From Podospora anserina (taxonomy: Eukaryota), in NCBI GenBank assembly GCA_017654855.1, contig CM030334.1:744001-808000 (forward strand): DNA of 64,000 nt, written 5' to 3'. The position numbers were made by a program, and so were the translations under genes. Positions 11,394 to 24,843 of this stretch are shown in pieces; positions within the stretch are counted from its first letter, which is position 1; every line of letters starts with the position of its first letter. Below the pieces are notes generated by a model. The model was given only the letters and a program-made list of their open reading frames with translations. It was not told the DNA's origin and did no database searches.

Positions 11394-14300
11394 AGCGTAT
11401 AATACTATTTATATTTAATCCTCTTTATACTTTTTAACCTTATAATATAGTATATAGTACGTCGATTATTATATCAAAAGTATAAATTCGATTTTTATTA
11501 AAGTTCTTTAATCTTTATATTATTATTATTTAACGGTAATTTAGAAATTCGTTTTTTTTATTTAAGTTTTAGTCGGTCTAAATATCGTTAATAAAATTTT
11601 TTTTATTTATTTAAATAATTAAAGTATATCTATAATTCTTACGAATTATTTATAGCCGGATATTTTAATTAATTAATTAAATATTTTAATTAACTTTTAT
11701 TAAATTATAAATTTAATATTTTTTTTATATTATATTTTTTTTTTATCCTTCGTTACTACCTATATATTAACCTTATTTACCGGTAGTATAGGTTTTAAAA
11801 GTAAAATATAAAAAGTATATAATTATAAATATATTATATTAAATAACTTTAATTCGAATACCGTTTTTAAGATTTTCCTTTTAACTTTAAATAAGTTTAC
11901 TTTCCTATAATCTAGTTTCTTACTAAATTTTTTAATACGTAAATTACATATAAAAAGGAATATTATATTTCCCCCTTTAAAGTAAAGTCCCTCGAGCCTT
12001 TTAATATTATAGTATTTCCGTATCCTTTCCCTTATAAACTCTAGTTTTTATTTAAACTTATTATAAAATATATATAACTTATTTATTTTAACCTTAACCC
12101 TAAATACTTTAACGTTAAATCCTTACCGTAAATTTACTTTATATTTAAAGTTTACGAAGAACGGTATAACTTTAATTATTTTAATTAATAATATATTATA
12201 TACTAATTATATTATAAATAATAATTTAATTTAATTATTTTATTCGAAATTAATATAATTCCGTAAATATTATTTTATAATTTAATTAAACCGTTTCGTT
12301 TAACCGTCCGTTTAAAGGTAATAAACTAAAAATATTTTACTTACTACCCTTAATTTCGTTATTAACACTTTTTAAAACTTTAATATAAATTTAATATCGC
12401 GGTCTATAATAAACTTTTTTAATTTTATATATATTAATATAATATACCGTAATACTATATTTATTAATTACTTTACCGACTAAATCTCTTTATAAAGTAA
12501 AAAATATATTTATTTAATAAACTTATCGACTACCGTTAATATATTATTATACTTAACGCCGGTTATTATATTTTTAAACTTTAATAATTTAATAATAAAG
12601 TTTATTATAACTAAACTTTATAATCGTTTTACTATTAATAATAACTTTAGAAATCTATAAAGCTTATACCTTATAACCCTCGTTTTTTTATATATATAAT
12701 ATAATTAAATAATTTCTTTAATATTATTTTTAATCCTTAACTAATTAAAATACTATTTAATTTTTTTTATAATCTTTATAATACTTATATATTTTCCGAA
12801 CTTTAATTTATAAATCTCTATTACTAATATTATTCTATTACTTAATATTACGTATACTCGATTCTTATACTATAGTTTTCCTTAACTATCCTTTTAAATA
12901 TTTTATAGCTCTAACTTTTTTTATTAATATTATTTTATAATATCGTTACCTAACTTCCTTTAATATTTATTAAAAATAATTTTTTTATAATATATTACGT
13001 AATATTTTATTTATAACTATAATAAATACTTAAAAGTACCGTTTAACGCTTCCTTAAATAATAATAATAATTCTTTAAGTATATCCTTATAGTAATCGGC
13101 TCGCCGGTTAAATATATTTACCTTAACGTTCTCCGAACCCTTTTTATAATTAATTTAAAAATTAAATTCCGAAAAAAACTTAAACTATCGTATTTACTAT
13201 ACGTTAAGGACCTTCGTAATAGTAAAGTACTATAAATTTTTATAATCTATATAAACCTATATTTCGTATTTAATATTATTAAAATATAACTTTTATTCCT
13301 TAAATATTTTAATAATAGTAAGTAACTCCTTATTATAAATTAAGTAATTTTAACGTACCTCTTCGAACTTTTTTAAAAAAAAAGTTACCGGGTATAGCTT
13401 ACTATTATCGTTTCGCTACTTTAATTATCTACCGATCGTATAGTTTAATATATCCGCCTCGACTTTAAATAATCGATTAGGGTTTAGTAATTTAAATACC
13501 GGATCTTTTAAAATAGTTTCTTTTAGTTTCTAAAAGGCTTACTCCTTTTCCTACCCCTACCGGAACTCTATATCCTTTTTAATTAAGTAATTAAATAGCC
13601 GCGTAATACTTACGTACCTATAAATAAATATTTAATAAAAATTCGTAAACCCTAAAAATTCTTTAACGTATATTTATAATTACGGTATAAACTAATTTTT
13701 AATTACTATAATTTTCCTAAATTTTATACGAATTTTATTTAACGATATTAAATATTTTAAATATACTATTTTTTATATATAAAACTCGCTTTTTTTTTAT
13801 TAATTAAAAGTCTAGTTCCGTATAGCGCGTCGAATATCTTTTATATATATCGTTTATATTCCTTTAAAATACGTAAGTAAATAAAAACGTCGTTAAAATA
13901 ATATATTATTATTTTATCGAAGTACTTTCGGATTGTATAATTAACGAAAAATTAAAACGTTATAGGCGTATTAGTTAATTTAAATAATATTACGAAATAT
14001 TCGAAATAACTATAGGGTATATAAAATACTATTTTCTATTTATTTCCTTTTTTAATCCGTATATAAGCGTACCTGATAAATATATTTAAATATATAAAGT
14101 ATCGTACCCCTACTAATTAATTTTATAACCTAAATATTAATAGTAACGGGTAACTATTTTTTACCGTTTCGTTATTTAATTAACGGTAGTTTATATATAA
14201 TTATAAACCGCTATCCTTTTTCGGTACGAAGAATATAGGGTATTCTATTAGCGATATAGATTTCCTAATATATCCTTTCTTTAAATTCTCGTTTAAATAC

Positions 14301-16068
14301 TTCCGTAATTCTTTACTTTACTTATCGTTAATATAATAGACTTTAAATAGCCGTAACTTAGCTCTTTCTTTTAACTTAATCTCGTAGTCCTACGGTCCTC
14401 GCTCTAAAAGTCCCTCTAAATATTTAGCCGTAAAGGCTAAATATTTTTAATATTCCACCGGTACCGCCTTTTTCTTATTTTTTTCTATATAATTATAATA
14501 AATATACTTATTAATCTCCGATATCTTTATTAACGTCGTTAACCTTACTTCTTTAATTTTACTACCTATATCGATAGAGTATATTATTATTTTTTAGGTT
14601 CCTTACGGTAGTATTATAGAGGGTATTTATCCTATACTTTATTCTATATATATATTTAATTTCCTATCGTTAATTAGATATTTTTAAGGTTTTTTTAGTC
14701 GTAAGTAGCTACTATCCCTCTAATCGATATCTAAATTATAATTTTTATATTATAATTATTTTAGGATTATATTTTTCGAGGGTCCTATATTTATAATATT
14801 AAATATAATTAAAATTATTTTTTTTTCGATTATAATATCTAAAAATAATATTTCTCTATAAACTTTTTACATCGGAAATAATCCTTATATAACGATTTAT
14901 TTTTTTTTTCTTTTATAGTATTTTAATTTAATATATAAACTATAACGAAATTAGGTTCGTTTCTATACTTCCGTTTATTAATATTATTATTTAAATATTT
15001 TTTTAATATATTATAATTTAAAGGTATTTATTTTTTTTATTTTTTTTTATATAGTAACGACTTTATTAATGAGTACCGGGTCGTTATTTTATACCTTTAC
15101 TTTACGCTAATACTTCCGAAAATATTATTCGTAATCCGTTAAAAGTTACCGGCCCCCGCGAAAGGCCGCGAATCGTTTCCTAAATAATTATATTGTTTAA
15201 AAACATCCTTTTACTCCGGGTTATTTAATAATATAAAGTCTTTTAACTATACCCGCCTAGCTTCCTCCTATCTTCCGTCTTTTACGTATTTAATATTTTC
15301 CTATATATATATTCGATAATAGTTTTTTTACTTAATCGTTTACCTAAATATTTTTATTTAATAATATTATTTATCTTTTTTTTATAAATATAATACGTAA
15401 TTTAGGTTTAGGTACTAACCTAATATTACTTTTTCTTAAAAACGTATATTATCGTTTATATTTTAACTATTTATATATTTAATATAGTATTTTATATACT
15501 TTAATATAAATAATTAATAATCGTATAGCGACTTACTTTAATAATATTTTATATATCTATATATAATATATTAAAATTAAAGTATTTTCCGATACTCTGG
15601 ATACCTAAAATAAAGTTATACTATATTTCCTTTATAAAGTATATACTATATAAATATAAATATATTTTTTAGTAACTTCGCGATTCCGATATTAATAATT
15701 TTTTTACCCTTTTAATATTTTTTTCGGCTTTTATATATAAGTTTTATAAATAATAATATTTCTTACGAAATAATAATCTTATATTTACCGTATTACTTTT
15801 TTAATATTATTTATTTAGTAAGTCCTTCTTACTATATAGCGTTATTATCTTTAGCGACTTCCGTAACGATTTTTATAGTAATTTATATTAGTCGATCCTA
15901 AAATACTAATATTTAAAGGTCTCCTTCTTTATATTCCGCCTTTAACTTTTTTATTATTTACCGTAGCCCCTAAAACTTTACTTCCTTTTATTCAGCGTAT
16001 TAATTAAAGTTTTTTTCGAAATTTATTATTTTATTTTATTAATACTTAATAATTATAACCTTTATAAC

Positions 16069-19000
16069 TGTTAAAATACAGCACTTATTTGTGGATTTTA
16101 CAATATGTTCTTTCTCGTGGCTTACAGCACTTAAAGGCTTCAAGCCACAGCGCCCATAACGCCCACAGCGGTCACAAGGAACTACAAAGTTTTTATACAA
16201 GCCACTATAGCTAACTAAACCGATAGAAGTTGTGGGGATTGATAAGGAGGAAAAAGAGGTTTTGGATGCCTATAAAAGGCTCCCCTCTTAGTATATTTAG
16301 AATAATCTTTTTCTTTCTTAAGTTTAAGTTAAACAGTCAAAATCAATATACTAATTTACTACACTTTTGTAGGGCATAGTTCCCTATACTTGCTTTCCTT
16401 CGGTGCTACCTTACACCGTCGTACCTCGCAGTCTAAGAACCCTAGAGTCTTTAGGTAATTACTTCCGACCTACCTAGAAGGTATATAACTAGCCTGCCGA
16501 CGATATATTTTAATAGGTTATAAGCCCGGACTTATATTTAAGCTTTAGCGAGTTCCTTTATTTTACGTTTCTATAGTAGTTTTTTACCGTAAACCCTATT
16601 CTTATAGGCTACTAAGCCCTAGAATTGGAATACTTAGCTTTATATTTATTAACCAACGCCCTACTTTCTAGGCTTTCGTCTTCTATAATAAATAAAGAAA
16701 TAGGGAACGTCCCCCCCCTTCTTAACTTACCTTTAAGTATCGACCCGACCGTTTTAAGTTAGTAAATCGTTACCTAACTAAAAGCCCACTTTAAAATTTA
16801 GTTTAATAAATTTATAAAGAAGCTAAAAGATATAGTTATTCGTTAAAATAAAAAAATTATTACGTTATAGGTTTCTATTAGAAACTCGGTACCTCGTTTA
16901 AAGGACTCCCTCACACTAATACCTTCGGCTGTACTTACTTCCGCTTCCTTATTATCGATACTTTTTACTCCGCTTACGGCTACTATTTTTTTAATAAAGG
17001 ACCTTAATAAACAAACCCTTTAATTAATTAAAAAAAATAAGCTTTTAGGGCTTAATAACTATCGATAATAAATTTAAGCTTTTATTATTTAACTAAAGGT
17101 TATAGAAATCTTAAACTTTATTAATAAGCCTACCGAAGTTATTAATACCTTAACGGATATATTTAAAGCTTATTTAGTCCTTACTATCCGGAATACTTTT
17201 TAGTAAGGTCCCTTTTAAACTATTAAAGTAAAGGATTTTCCGGCTACTATTTTCCTACGCCTATAAATATAATATACCCTAGCTTAATTAATTATTCGGG
17301 ATAAGTTTTATAAATCTTATTACTTACTAAAATTTAATAGCTCCTTTATAGTAATGGAATTTAACGTTAAATTTAATACTTTTATTTCTCGGCTTAAGGG
17401 CTTAAATATAATTATTTAGGAAATTAATTAAATTAATTATTATTTAAATACTTTAAAATATAGTTTTTTATAATAGTATAAGCGCTATAAAGCCTTAATT
17501 TATTATTAAATATATTTAAGCCCGGCTAAACTATTTAATTTTTTTTTCTTTTAAAATAACTTTTTTATAAAAACCCGGAACTTAATTACTTCGGTTATTT
17601 AAGCTCTTATAGCCCTATAGTCTTAGTATTTTAAAGCTTAAAAGAATAATAAATCTCTTAAAGATAAGTTTAAGAATTCTGGATTTTTAAGGGGTTTAGG
17701 GGGTTTAGGGGGTTTAGAGAACTTTAAAGGCTTTATAGATTTAAAAAGCTCGGGAAGTTCGAAAAAAAAAAAGAAAAAAGATAAGTCTAAAAAATATTCC
17801 TTATAGGACTTCTTACCTTTAATAAATATTATAGAGGTCTCTTTCCTAATAGGTTTTAATCTTAGTACAGGATTCTATAATATCCTAAAAAATCCCTCCT
17901 TTAGTAAAGGAAACCCTGTAACTTACGTTTATAAGGGCCTTCGAAGCGTATAGTTTTTTAATACCGGCTTTACCGTTTATATATATAATAAAAGAAATTT
18001 TTTTACGGATTTTTTAATATTCGAAAACTTAAGTTCGGTTTAAATAAGGGGCGGCCCTATAAGCTTAGTAAACTAAAGTATTATAAAGGTTTATTTTTAT
18101 ACCGGAATTAAGAACGGAAGGGCCTATTATTTTATAGTTTTACTTTCTAAAACCCTTTATATTCCGAATTTCCTACTAAATATTATAAGTAAAAAATACT
18201 TTTACTATTTTAAAAAAACTTTATTTTATTAAAAAATCTTTAATACTAATAAAAGGTTTATTATTTTATTCGATTTCGATAAATCTAGGTTTTTTCTAGG
18301 AATTAAAGGAAAGAGCCGCCCCGGAAAGTATAGTTATTAATATAACTATAGCGCTTACATTAAAAATTTTAGTAATTTAAAGGACTTTAAAATTCTTACG
18401 ATCTTTAAAGAATTTAAAGCCCCCGAAATTCTAAAGGGGGTTAAAGATTAAACGCTAGTTATTCTACCGGCAAGGCCTTCTAAAGAGTTTTTTAAAGAAC
18501 CCTTAATAATATTTATCGAGGCTATTATCCTCTAATATATACGGTTAAGCTATATAGGCCTTACCCTTCTAAAAAAAACCTTTTTAATTACCGAAGGAAT
18601 ACCTAACCTATAAAAGATCCGGCCTAAAGATCTTATTTATAAGAGCTGTAATACCGTAAAAATCCTTTACAGGCCCTTTAAGTAGGCCGTTAATAACCTT
18701 TTATTTACTTTAAGCCGGATTAAGGGAAATATTATTTCGATTAAACCTCTTTTATTTACGAAAAAGGTTTACGCCCTTATTTTAGTAGATCGGAAAACCC
18801 GTTACCGTTTCGTTCGGCCCTTAAGGTTAAAAGAAAATACTATTTAAAAGACTTACTTAATAATCGAAAGCTTAAAGAACTTTTTTTATAAGTACTTAGG
18901 GTACTTCTATTACGACGGGGGAAAAGAAATCTTACCTTTAAAGGCCTATTTCGTAGAGAAAGGTATTAACTTTAATACTTTAAGTCCTAGAACCCTTAAC

Positions 19001-21780
19001 TAAAACGGTTTAGTAAAGCGTTTTATTTATATTATTCTTAACCGATTAAGGGCTATAGTATTTACTTTAGGCTTCCCGCCTACTCTCTAGAGTTATATTA
19101 TTTAGCCTATAATTAAAATTATTAATAAAACGGTATAATTTTTTAAAGAACTTACGCTTTATTAACTTTTCTATAATAAATTATTTTCTAACTAACCGGC
19201 CTATAGGCCTAGCCTTTTAAATTATAAGGCTATTAGTACCGAGGTTACGGTATATATCTCTACTAAGAGCCGGGTTTTAAGAGAGAAGTTTACGCTTAGA
19301 GGAATTAAAGGCTAGCTCTTTATAGTCCTCGGCCACTAAACTTATTTAATTTACTTAAACCTAAATAAAATTATTTAAACTAGCTTTATAAAGTTTTACG
19401 AAAACCTTAAAACTTAATTTATAGGGCTACCGAACTTTATTAGTTTACTAAAAGTAGTAAACCGGTTTAACGATTTAGAGAATAAACTAGATATTTAGAC
19501 CCCTGTAGAGGACCCTATTTAAATACCGGATCCTGGAATTCCAGTACCCTCTACTACTATTAAAATCCTATTACTTTAAGCGATTCGGGAATAACGTAAA
19601 GAGTTTAAGCCTATCGACGAAATAAATTATATTAAACTTATTAATTATTTAATCTTTAAATCCCTAAAAACCTTAATAGTTTAATCTACGGCTACGTTTT
19701 TAAAGCTTAATATCTTTAAATAAATCTTAAAGTACCTTAATAAAAATTAATAATTATAAATAATATTTATAAAAATATAATAGTTTTTTATAACGAAAAC
19801 CTTTTATTTTATTAACCGCTTAAAAACTAAAAAGCGGTTAATTACTAATCGTTAAATCTTTAAAAAAAAGAAAAACCCGTAGGGTATTATAGTAAAGTAT
19901 AAAGTACGGTTAATTACCCGGGGATTTTAATAAGCTTTGGGAATTAATTTTTTATAGACTTACGCTTTTACTATAGGCCTTCTAACCTAAAGGATTATAC
20001 TAATTATTACTATAGTATTCGATTAGGATATTAAATAAATAAATTTCGTGGAAGCCTTTTTAAATTCGGAGATCGATTTCGATATATATATCGAGCTTCC
20101 GTAGGGCCTAACCGAGTTTTCTTATAGTAATTTAGCCGCTATAACCCTATTTAAGAGAGCTAGCTAGGACCCTATAGAAAACTAAATTATATTTCTAAAA
20201 AAGTCTTTCTATAGCCTTAAGTAAGCGTCCTACTTATAATAATAAAAGGTTTTTATAATAGCCCGGGTATTAAGTTTTAGACTATTAATTTTAAATATAA
20301 TTATTTACTTTTACTTAAATTATATAATTTTTTTTATTAATTACGTTAATAATTATTTATTTATAGGCCTATAGTACTTATAACTCTAGGCTTTAAAGAA
20401 AGTAATGGGTAACTACTATAATATCGAAAATCTCGGCCCGGCTCGCTATTTTTTAGGTATTTAAATCGAACGTAATAAGTTAAATCGTTACTTTTAGCTT
20501 TATTAGAAAGTTTATATTAGCGAAGCCGTTAAATACTTTAATATTAGTACTAAACCTATACTTCTTTCCTTAAGCCTAAGGTTTATAGGATATAATAATA
20601 AGTTTAAAAGCCCTATAATACCTATAGAGTAATACTTTTATTAATAACTAATCGGTATTACTATATATACTATAGTCTAAACGAAGTTTAATATAGCCTT
20701 TAGTATTTAATAGTTATTACAGTACCTAAAAATACCTACTTTAATATACTTTAAGGTTATTAAATCCTTTCTTTTTTATTTATATACTACTATAGATTTA
20801 GCTATTAGTTACGGCTCGAATAAGGATTTAATACCTATTAGGTTTATAGATAGTAATTAGGTTAAGTATAAAACTAGTGTTAAATTAATATATAATTAAT
20901 TATTTATATTTACTAAAGGACCTATTAGTTAAAAGTCTAAAAAAGCCTTTACGGTTTCTTTTAGTACCTTAAAAGCCGAGTTTATAGGGCTTGTAGAAGG
21001 CTTTAAGGAAGCTATATGGCTTAGGGGATTATTCTAGGAGATCGGTAGGCCTATTTACTAGCCTACCCCCTTATTATGTAATAACGAAAGCTCTATTGCC
21101 ACTACCTATAGTAATAAGTATAACCGCCGAATAAAATATATATTTATTAAATTCTAAGGGGTTAAGGAAATTATAATTACTAAAGTAATTACTATTACTT
21201 ACTTACCTATTAAGAAAATACTAGCTAATAGGCTTATTAAAGCTCTTCCGGTAACTTTATTTAATAAATTTACAGAGCTCTTGAATCTCACTAGACCGTT
21301 CTAGCTACCCACGCATTACGGCTGTAGAGGGGGTATTAAAATATAGTATTTATTTGTGGATTTTATAGTATATTCTTTTTCGTAGCTTATAGTACTTAAA
21401 GGCTTTAAGCCATAGCGCCTATAATACCCACAGCGGTTATAAGGAACTATAAAGTTTTTATATAAGCTACTGTGGCTAACTAAACCGGTAGAAGTTGTGG
21501 GGATTGATAAGGAGGAAAAAGAGGTTTTGGATGCCTATAAAAGGCTCCCCTCTTAGTATATTTAGAATAATCTTTTTCTTTCTTAAGTTTAAGTTAAACA
21601 GTCAAAATCAATATACTGGTTTACTACACTTTTGCAGGGCATAGTTCCCTATACTTGCCTTCCTTCGGTGCCACCTCACACCGTTGTACCTCGCAGTCCA
21701 AGAACCCCAGAGTCTTCAGGTAATTGCTTCCGACCTACCTGGAAGGCATACAACTAGCCTGCCGACGACATATCTCAACA
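16069..21780 (+). mobile_element. Full-length RIP-degraded Ty1/copia retrotransposon, 447-bp LTRs
   Basis: LTRs at 16069-16515 and 21334-21780 with ATAAC TSD. PBS GGTTATAAGCCC at 16516 and PPT AGAGGGGG. Copia domain order: WH.RLGH/integrase (~18530) before RT K.K.RL..RGF.Q (~19895) and RNase H AD.LTK (~21225). Confidence 0.93.
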
Positions 21781-23743
21781 ATAACCTTCGGTCCCCTTAA
21801 TATAATAGTTATTATAACGATTTTTTTTTTATTTAAATTATTTAAATACCTAATAATCTTTTTTAAAATATTTTATTTTACTATAATTAAAATATTTACA
21901 GTTATTTCTACTTTAGTCCTAGCTTTACGGCCTTTATTATTATATAATATTAATATTTATAAGTCCCGAATATATAATACCGGAGTAATTAATAATTAAG
22001 TATTACTATTTACGTTTATTATTAGAGCGGTAATTTCCGTAATAACCCCGATTATTATAATTTTTTTTTTATACGACGCTAGAATTATTTATCGTCGATC
22101 CGTATAGCTATAGCGATATACTTATCGATAGTATTAAGCCTTTCCTCCTTATATAACTTATCCTTTACTTTTTTTTTAAAGCTATTATAAAAAATTTATA
22201 TTAACCCCTTATCGTTAATCTCGCTATATAAACTATCGATTTTAAATTAAGTAGTATATTCCGTTACTGAACGTATTTACCGTAAATTTATAAACCTCTC
22301 TTATACGCGCCTACCCTTATTGTATTTCCTAAATATTTTTTTAAACTTTACTTTAAAAACTCGGTAATTTCGAAAATACTAAATAGTAATTTCCTTCTAA
22401 TCCTCTACCACTACCTTATAATAATTATTAAAAATAAATTCGAATTAAATAAAAGCTTTATCCTTAAGCCGGGTAGCTACGTATATTACTTTCGACTCTT
22501 CTATATCGAACTATTCCGGGTAATAACGAAAGTAAATTTTAAATTAAATTAAAAAACTTTTAAGCTTTACCTTTCCGCCTCTATAACGCTCTAATACCAG
22601 AAATTTAATTACGTACGTAGGCTTAACCGCCGAAAAAGTAAGAACCTACTCCCTAGTTTACTGGGCTTCGGCCTTAAACTTTTTAACGCGATCGATAAAC
22701 TATTAAGCTATAGTAACCTTAGACCTAGCGTTTACCGTGGAAGGTCCCTCGATAGTTAAGTTAAGCGGGACGCCTTTTATTTAAACGTTTTCGGGTTAGG
22801 CTATAGTAGTAAAAAAATGCTTTTAATTTATCCGTAATAGAGTTAAAGTAAGTATATAACGTGTAATAAACCCCTATACAGAACCTTTAAAAGGGATATT
22901 AGTTAAAAGTAACTTCTAATAATTAATTCGGTATAGTTAAATAATATATAATAAAATATTTTAATATAAATACTAATTACCGTAAATATAAATTTAAATT
23001 ATATACTACGGAACTATCTATTTACACTAGCTAGTTCCTCCGTATATATAGACTTTAGGGCCGTGAGGTGCTCGCCCTACTATAGGCCCGATTACTCCTA
23101 GCACATTACATCTATATTATACTCGTCGTACTATACCTCTAATTATCCCTAGCATCTTGCATCCTGCAGACTGCTCGTGAGCCTTAGCGCTATAGCACTT
23201 TTGCTTAGCCCTGATCGGCTTATTCCCTGACTTCCTAAATGATTAGCTAGGGGCGACCTGCGCCCCACATGTGGCGCGACCTGCCGTTAGGTTAACTGTG
23301 ACAGGTTCCTCGAGCTTTTTAATATTATAGTATTTCCGTATTTTTTCCTTTATAAACTCTAATTTTTATTTAAATTTACTATAAAATATATATAATTTAT
23401 TTACTCTAACTTTAGCCCTAAATACCTTAACGCTTAATCTTTACCGTAGGTTTACTTTATATTTAAAGTTTATAAAGAATAATATAGTTTTTATTATTTT
23501 TATTAGTAACGTATTATATATTAATTATATTATAAGTAATAGTTTAATCTAATTATTTTACTCGAAATTAATATAATTCTGGAGGTACTATTTTACGATT
23601 TAGTTAAACCATTCCATTTAACCGTTTATGTAAGGGTAGTAGGCCGAAGACGCTTTACTTACTATCCCGAGCCTCATTATTAACGCTCTTTAAAACTTCG
23701 ATACGAATTTAATATCGTGGTCCGTAATAAATTCCTTTAATTA

Positions 23744-24375
23744 TATTAATATGTAGGTACTACTAAATGCCCTACTTACTGCCCTACAGATTAATATTAT
23801 AGTGGGCAATACTGCTATAAGCAGTAATGGAACTTCCCGGCTTGGATCCCTTTAGAATATTCTTTATAAGGGACCCTTGAAGGCTTATAGGGCTACTGTG
23901 GCCTAAAGCTTAGTCAATGGATACTAGAACCTTCCAAAGTGGCTACAGGCTTACGTAGTAAGTTGCTACAATAGTGTGATTTATAGGGCACTTCTGTTAC
24001 CGAAGGTTCTATAGATTTCCGTAAGTTTACACTAGACCCACCTAAGCCCACCAAATACCCTAAAGTAGTATAGGGGCTTCTAGGGCCTACAGGCCCTACA
24101 GTAGGCCTACGAAGGCCTATATATAGACCTCTCCTCTCTCCTGTAGAATAGTTCTCTTTCTTTCTTTAAGGGCAAAAGCTTAAGGCTAAGGCCAAAAGCC
24201 AAGGCCAAGGGTAATAAAGGCAATTCTTATTCTTTATACCTTACTGTATTACAGTGCTTTACCTTCCTTCGGCACTGCCGTCGTATCCTCCCGCTTCCGC
24301 TTGCGCACTGCTGTATTTTACAGCAACCCTATATAGGTTCTATATTATAGGCCTATCAGGGCTCACCAGCTAACA
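23744..24375. mobile_element. Solo LTR of ~630-bp family, no matching TSD
   Basis: Aligns end to end with 59051-59672 and 59769-60400 (TGTTAATGTGTGGGTAC...CCAGCTAACA). Flanks AATTA and AAATT differ. Confidence 0.9.
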
Positions 24376-24397
24376 AAATTAAAGTAAGTATATAACG

Positions 24398-24767
24398 TAT
24401 AACGAACCTCTATATAGAACCTCTAAAAAGGATACTAATTAAAGGTTACTTTTAATAATTAATTCGGTATAACTAAATAGCGTATAATAAGATATCTCAA
24501 TATAAATATAAAATACCGTAAATATAAGTTGTAATTATATACTACGGAACTATTTATTTATACTAGCCAGTTCCTCTGTATATATAGACCGGTTTATTAT
24601 TATTATTACTAGTAATAATGTCGATTATCACTCGTCGTTCACCGAAGGCTAGTGATAATCGTAATTATCACCCTTGGCACTAGTAATAATCCGACTTTTC
24701 CACTTTTCCGTTTCAGTAGTTAGGCGGGTCGCGCCCCGCGCTCCCCACTTATGTTAGGTCCGTGACA
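24398..24767 (-). mobile_element. Ty3 family 5' LTR (U3 type 4) with adjacent PBS
   Basis: Conserved family half to GTATATATAGACC, then a unique U3 ending CCGTGACA. Preceded by AGTATATAACG as at 22851-22861. Confidence 0.85.
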
Positions 24768-24843
24768 TGTACCGAACCAGGATTGTTCAGAAGTGCTTTC
24801 AAGCAGTGTCCCTTTCAGAAGTTCTAGATAGGGGTTCGTTACA
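24768..24843 (+). mobile_element. Inverted 76-bp terminal fragment of a Ty3 family LTR
   Basis: Reverse complement reads TGTAACGAACCCCTATCTAGAACTTCTGAAAGGG..., matching the family LTR end. Confidence 0.85.

Larger units (their letters stand above)
10221..23303 (-). mobile_element. Full-length RIP-degraded Ty3/gypsy chromovirus (crapaud-like, U3 type 3) containing a nested copia
   Basis: 442-bp LTRs at 10221-10662 and 22862-23303 with GGTTC TSD. Minus-strand relics: gag (~22800-22100), protease (~14970), RT Y.DD (~13890), RNase H, integrase and chromodomain (~11640-11740). PPT at 10663-10678. Confidence 0.92.
8989..23743 (-). mobile_element. Outer RIP-degraded Ty3/gypsy remnant (3' region, chromodomain, partial integrase), interrupted by nested insertions
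   Basis: 9750-10220 plus 23309-23743 are colinear with 11540-12420 of the inner element. The sequence continues seamlessly across the GGTTC TSD. Confidence 0.8.

Noticed and set aside
22843-22861. ATACTTAC resembling the U1 snRNA 5' end
   Set aside because: It is a short match recurring at each element's PBS; no U1 body follows.
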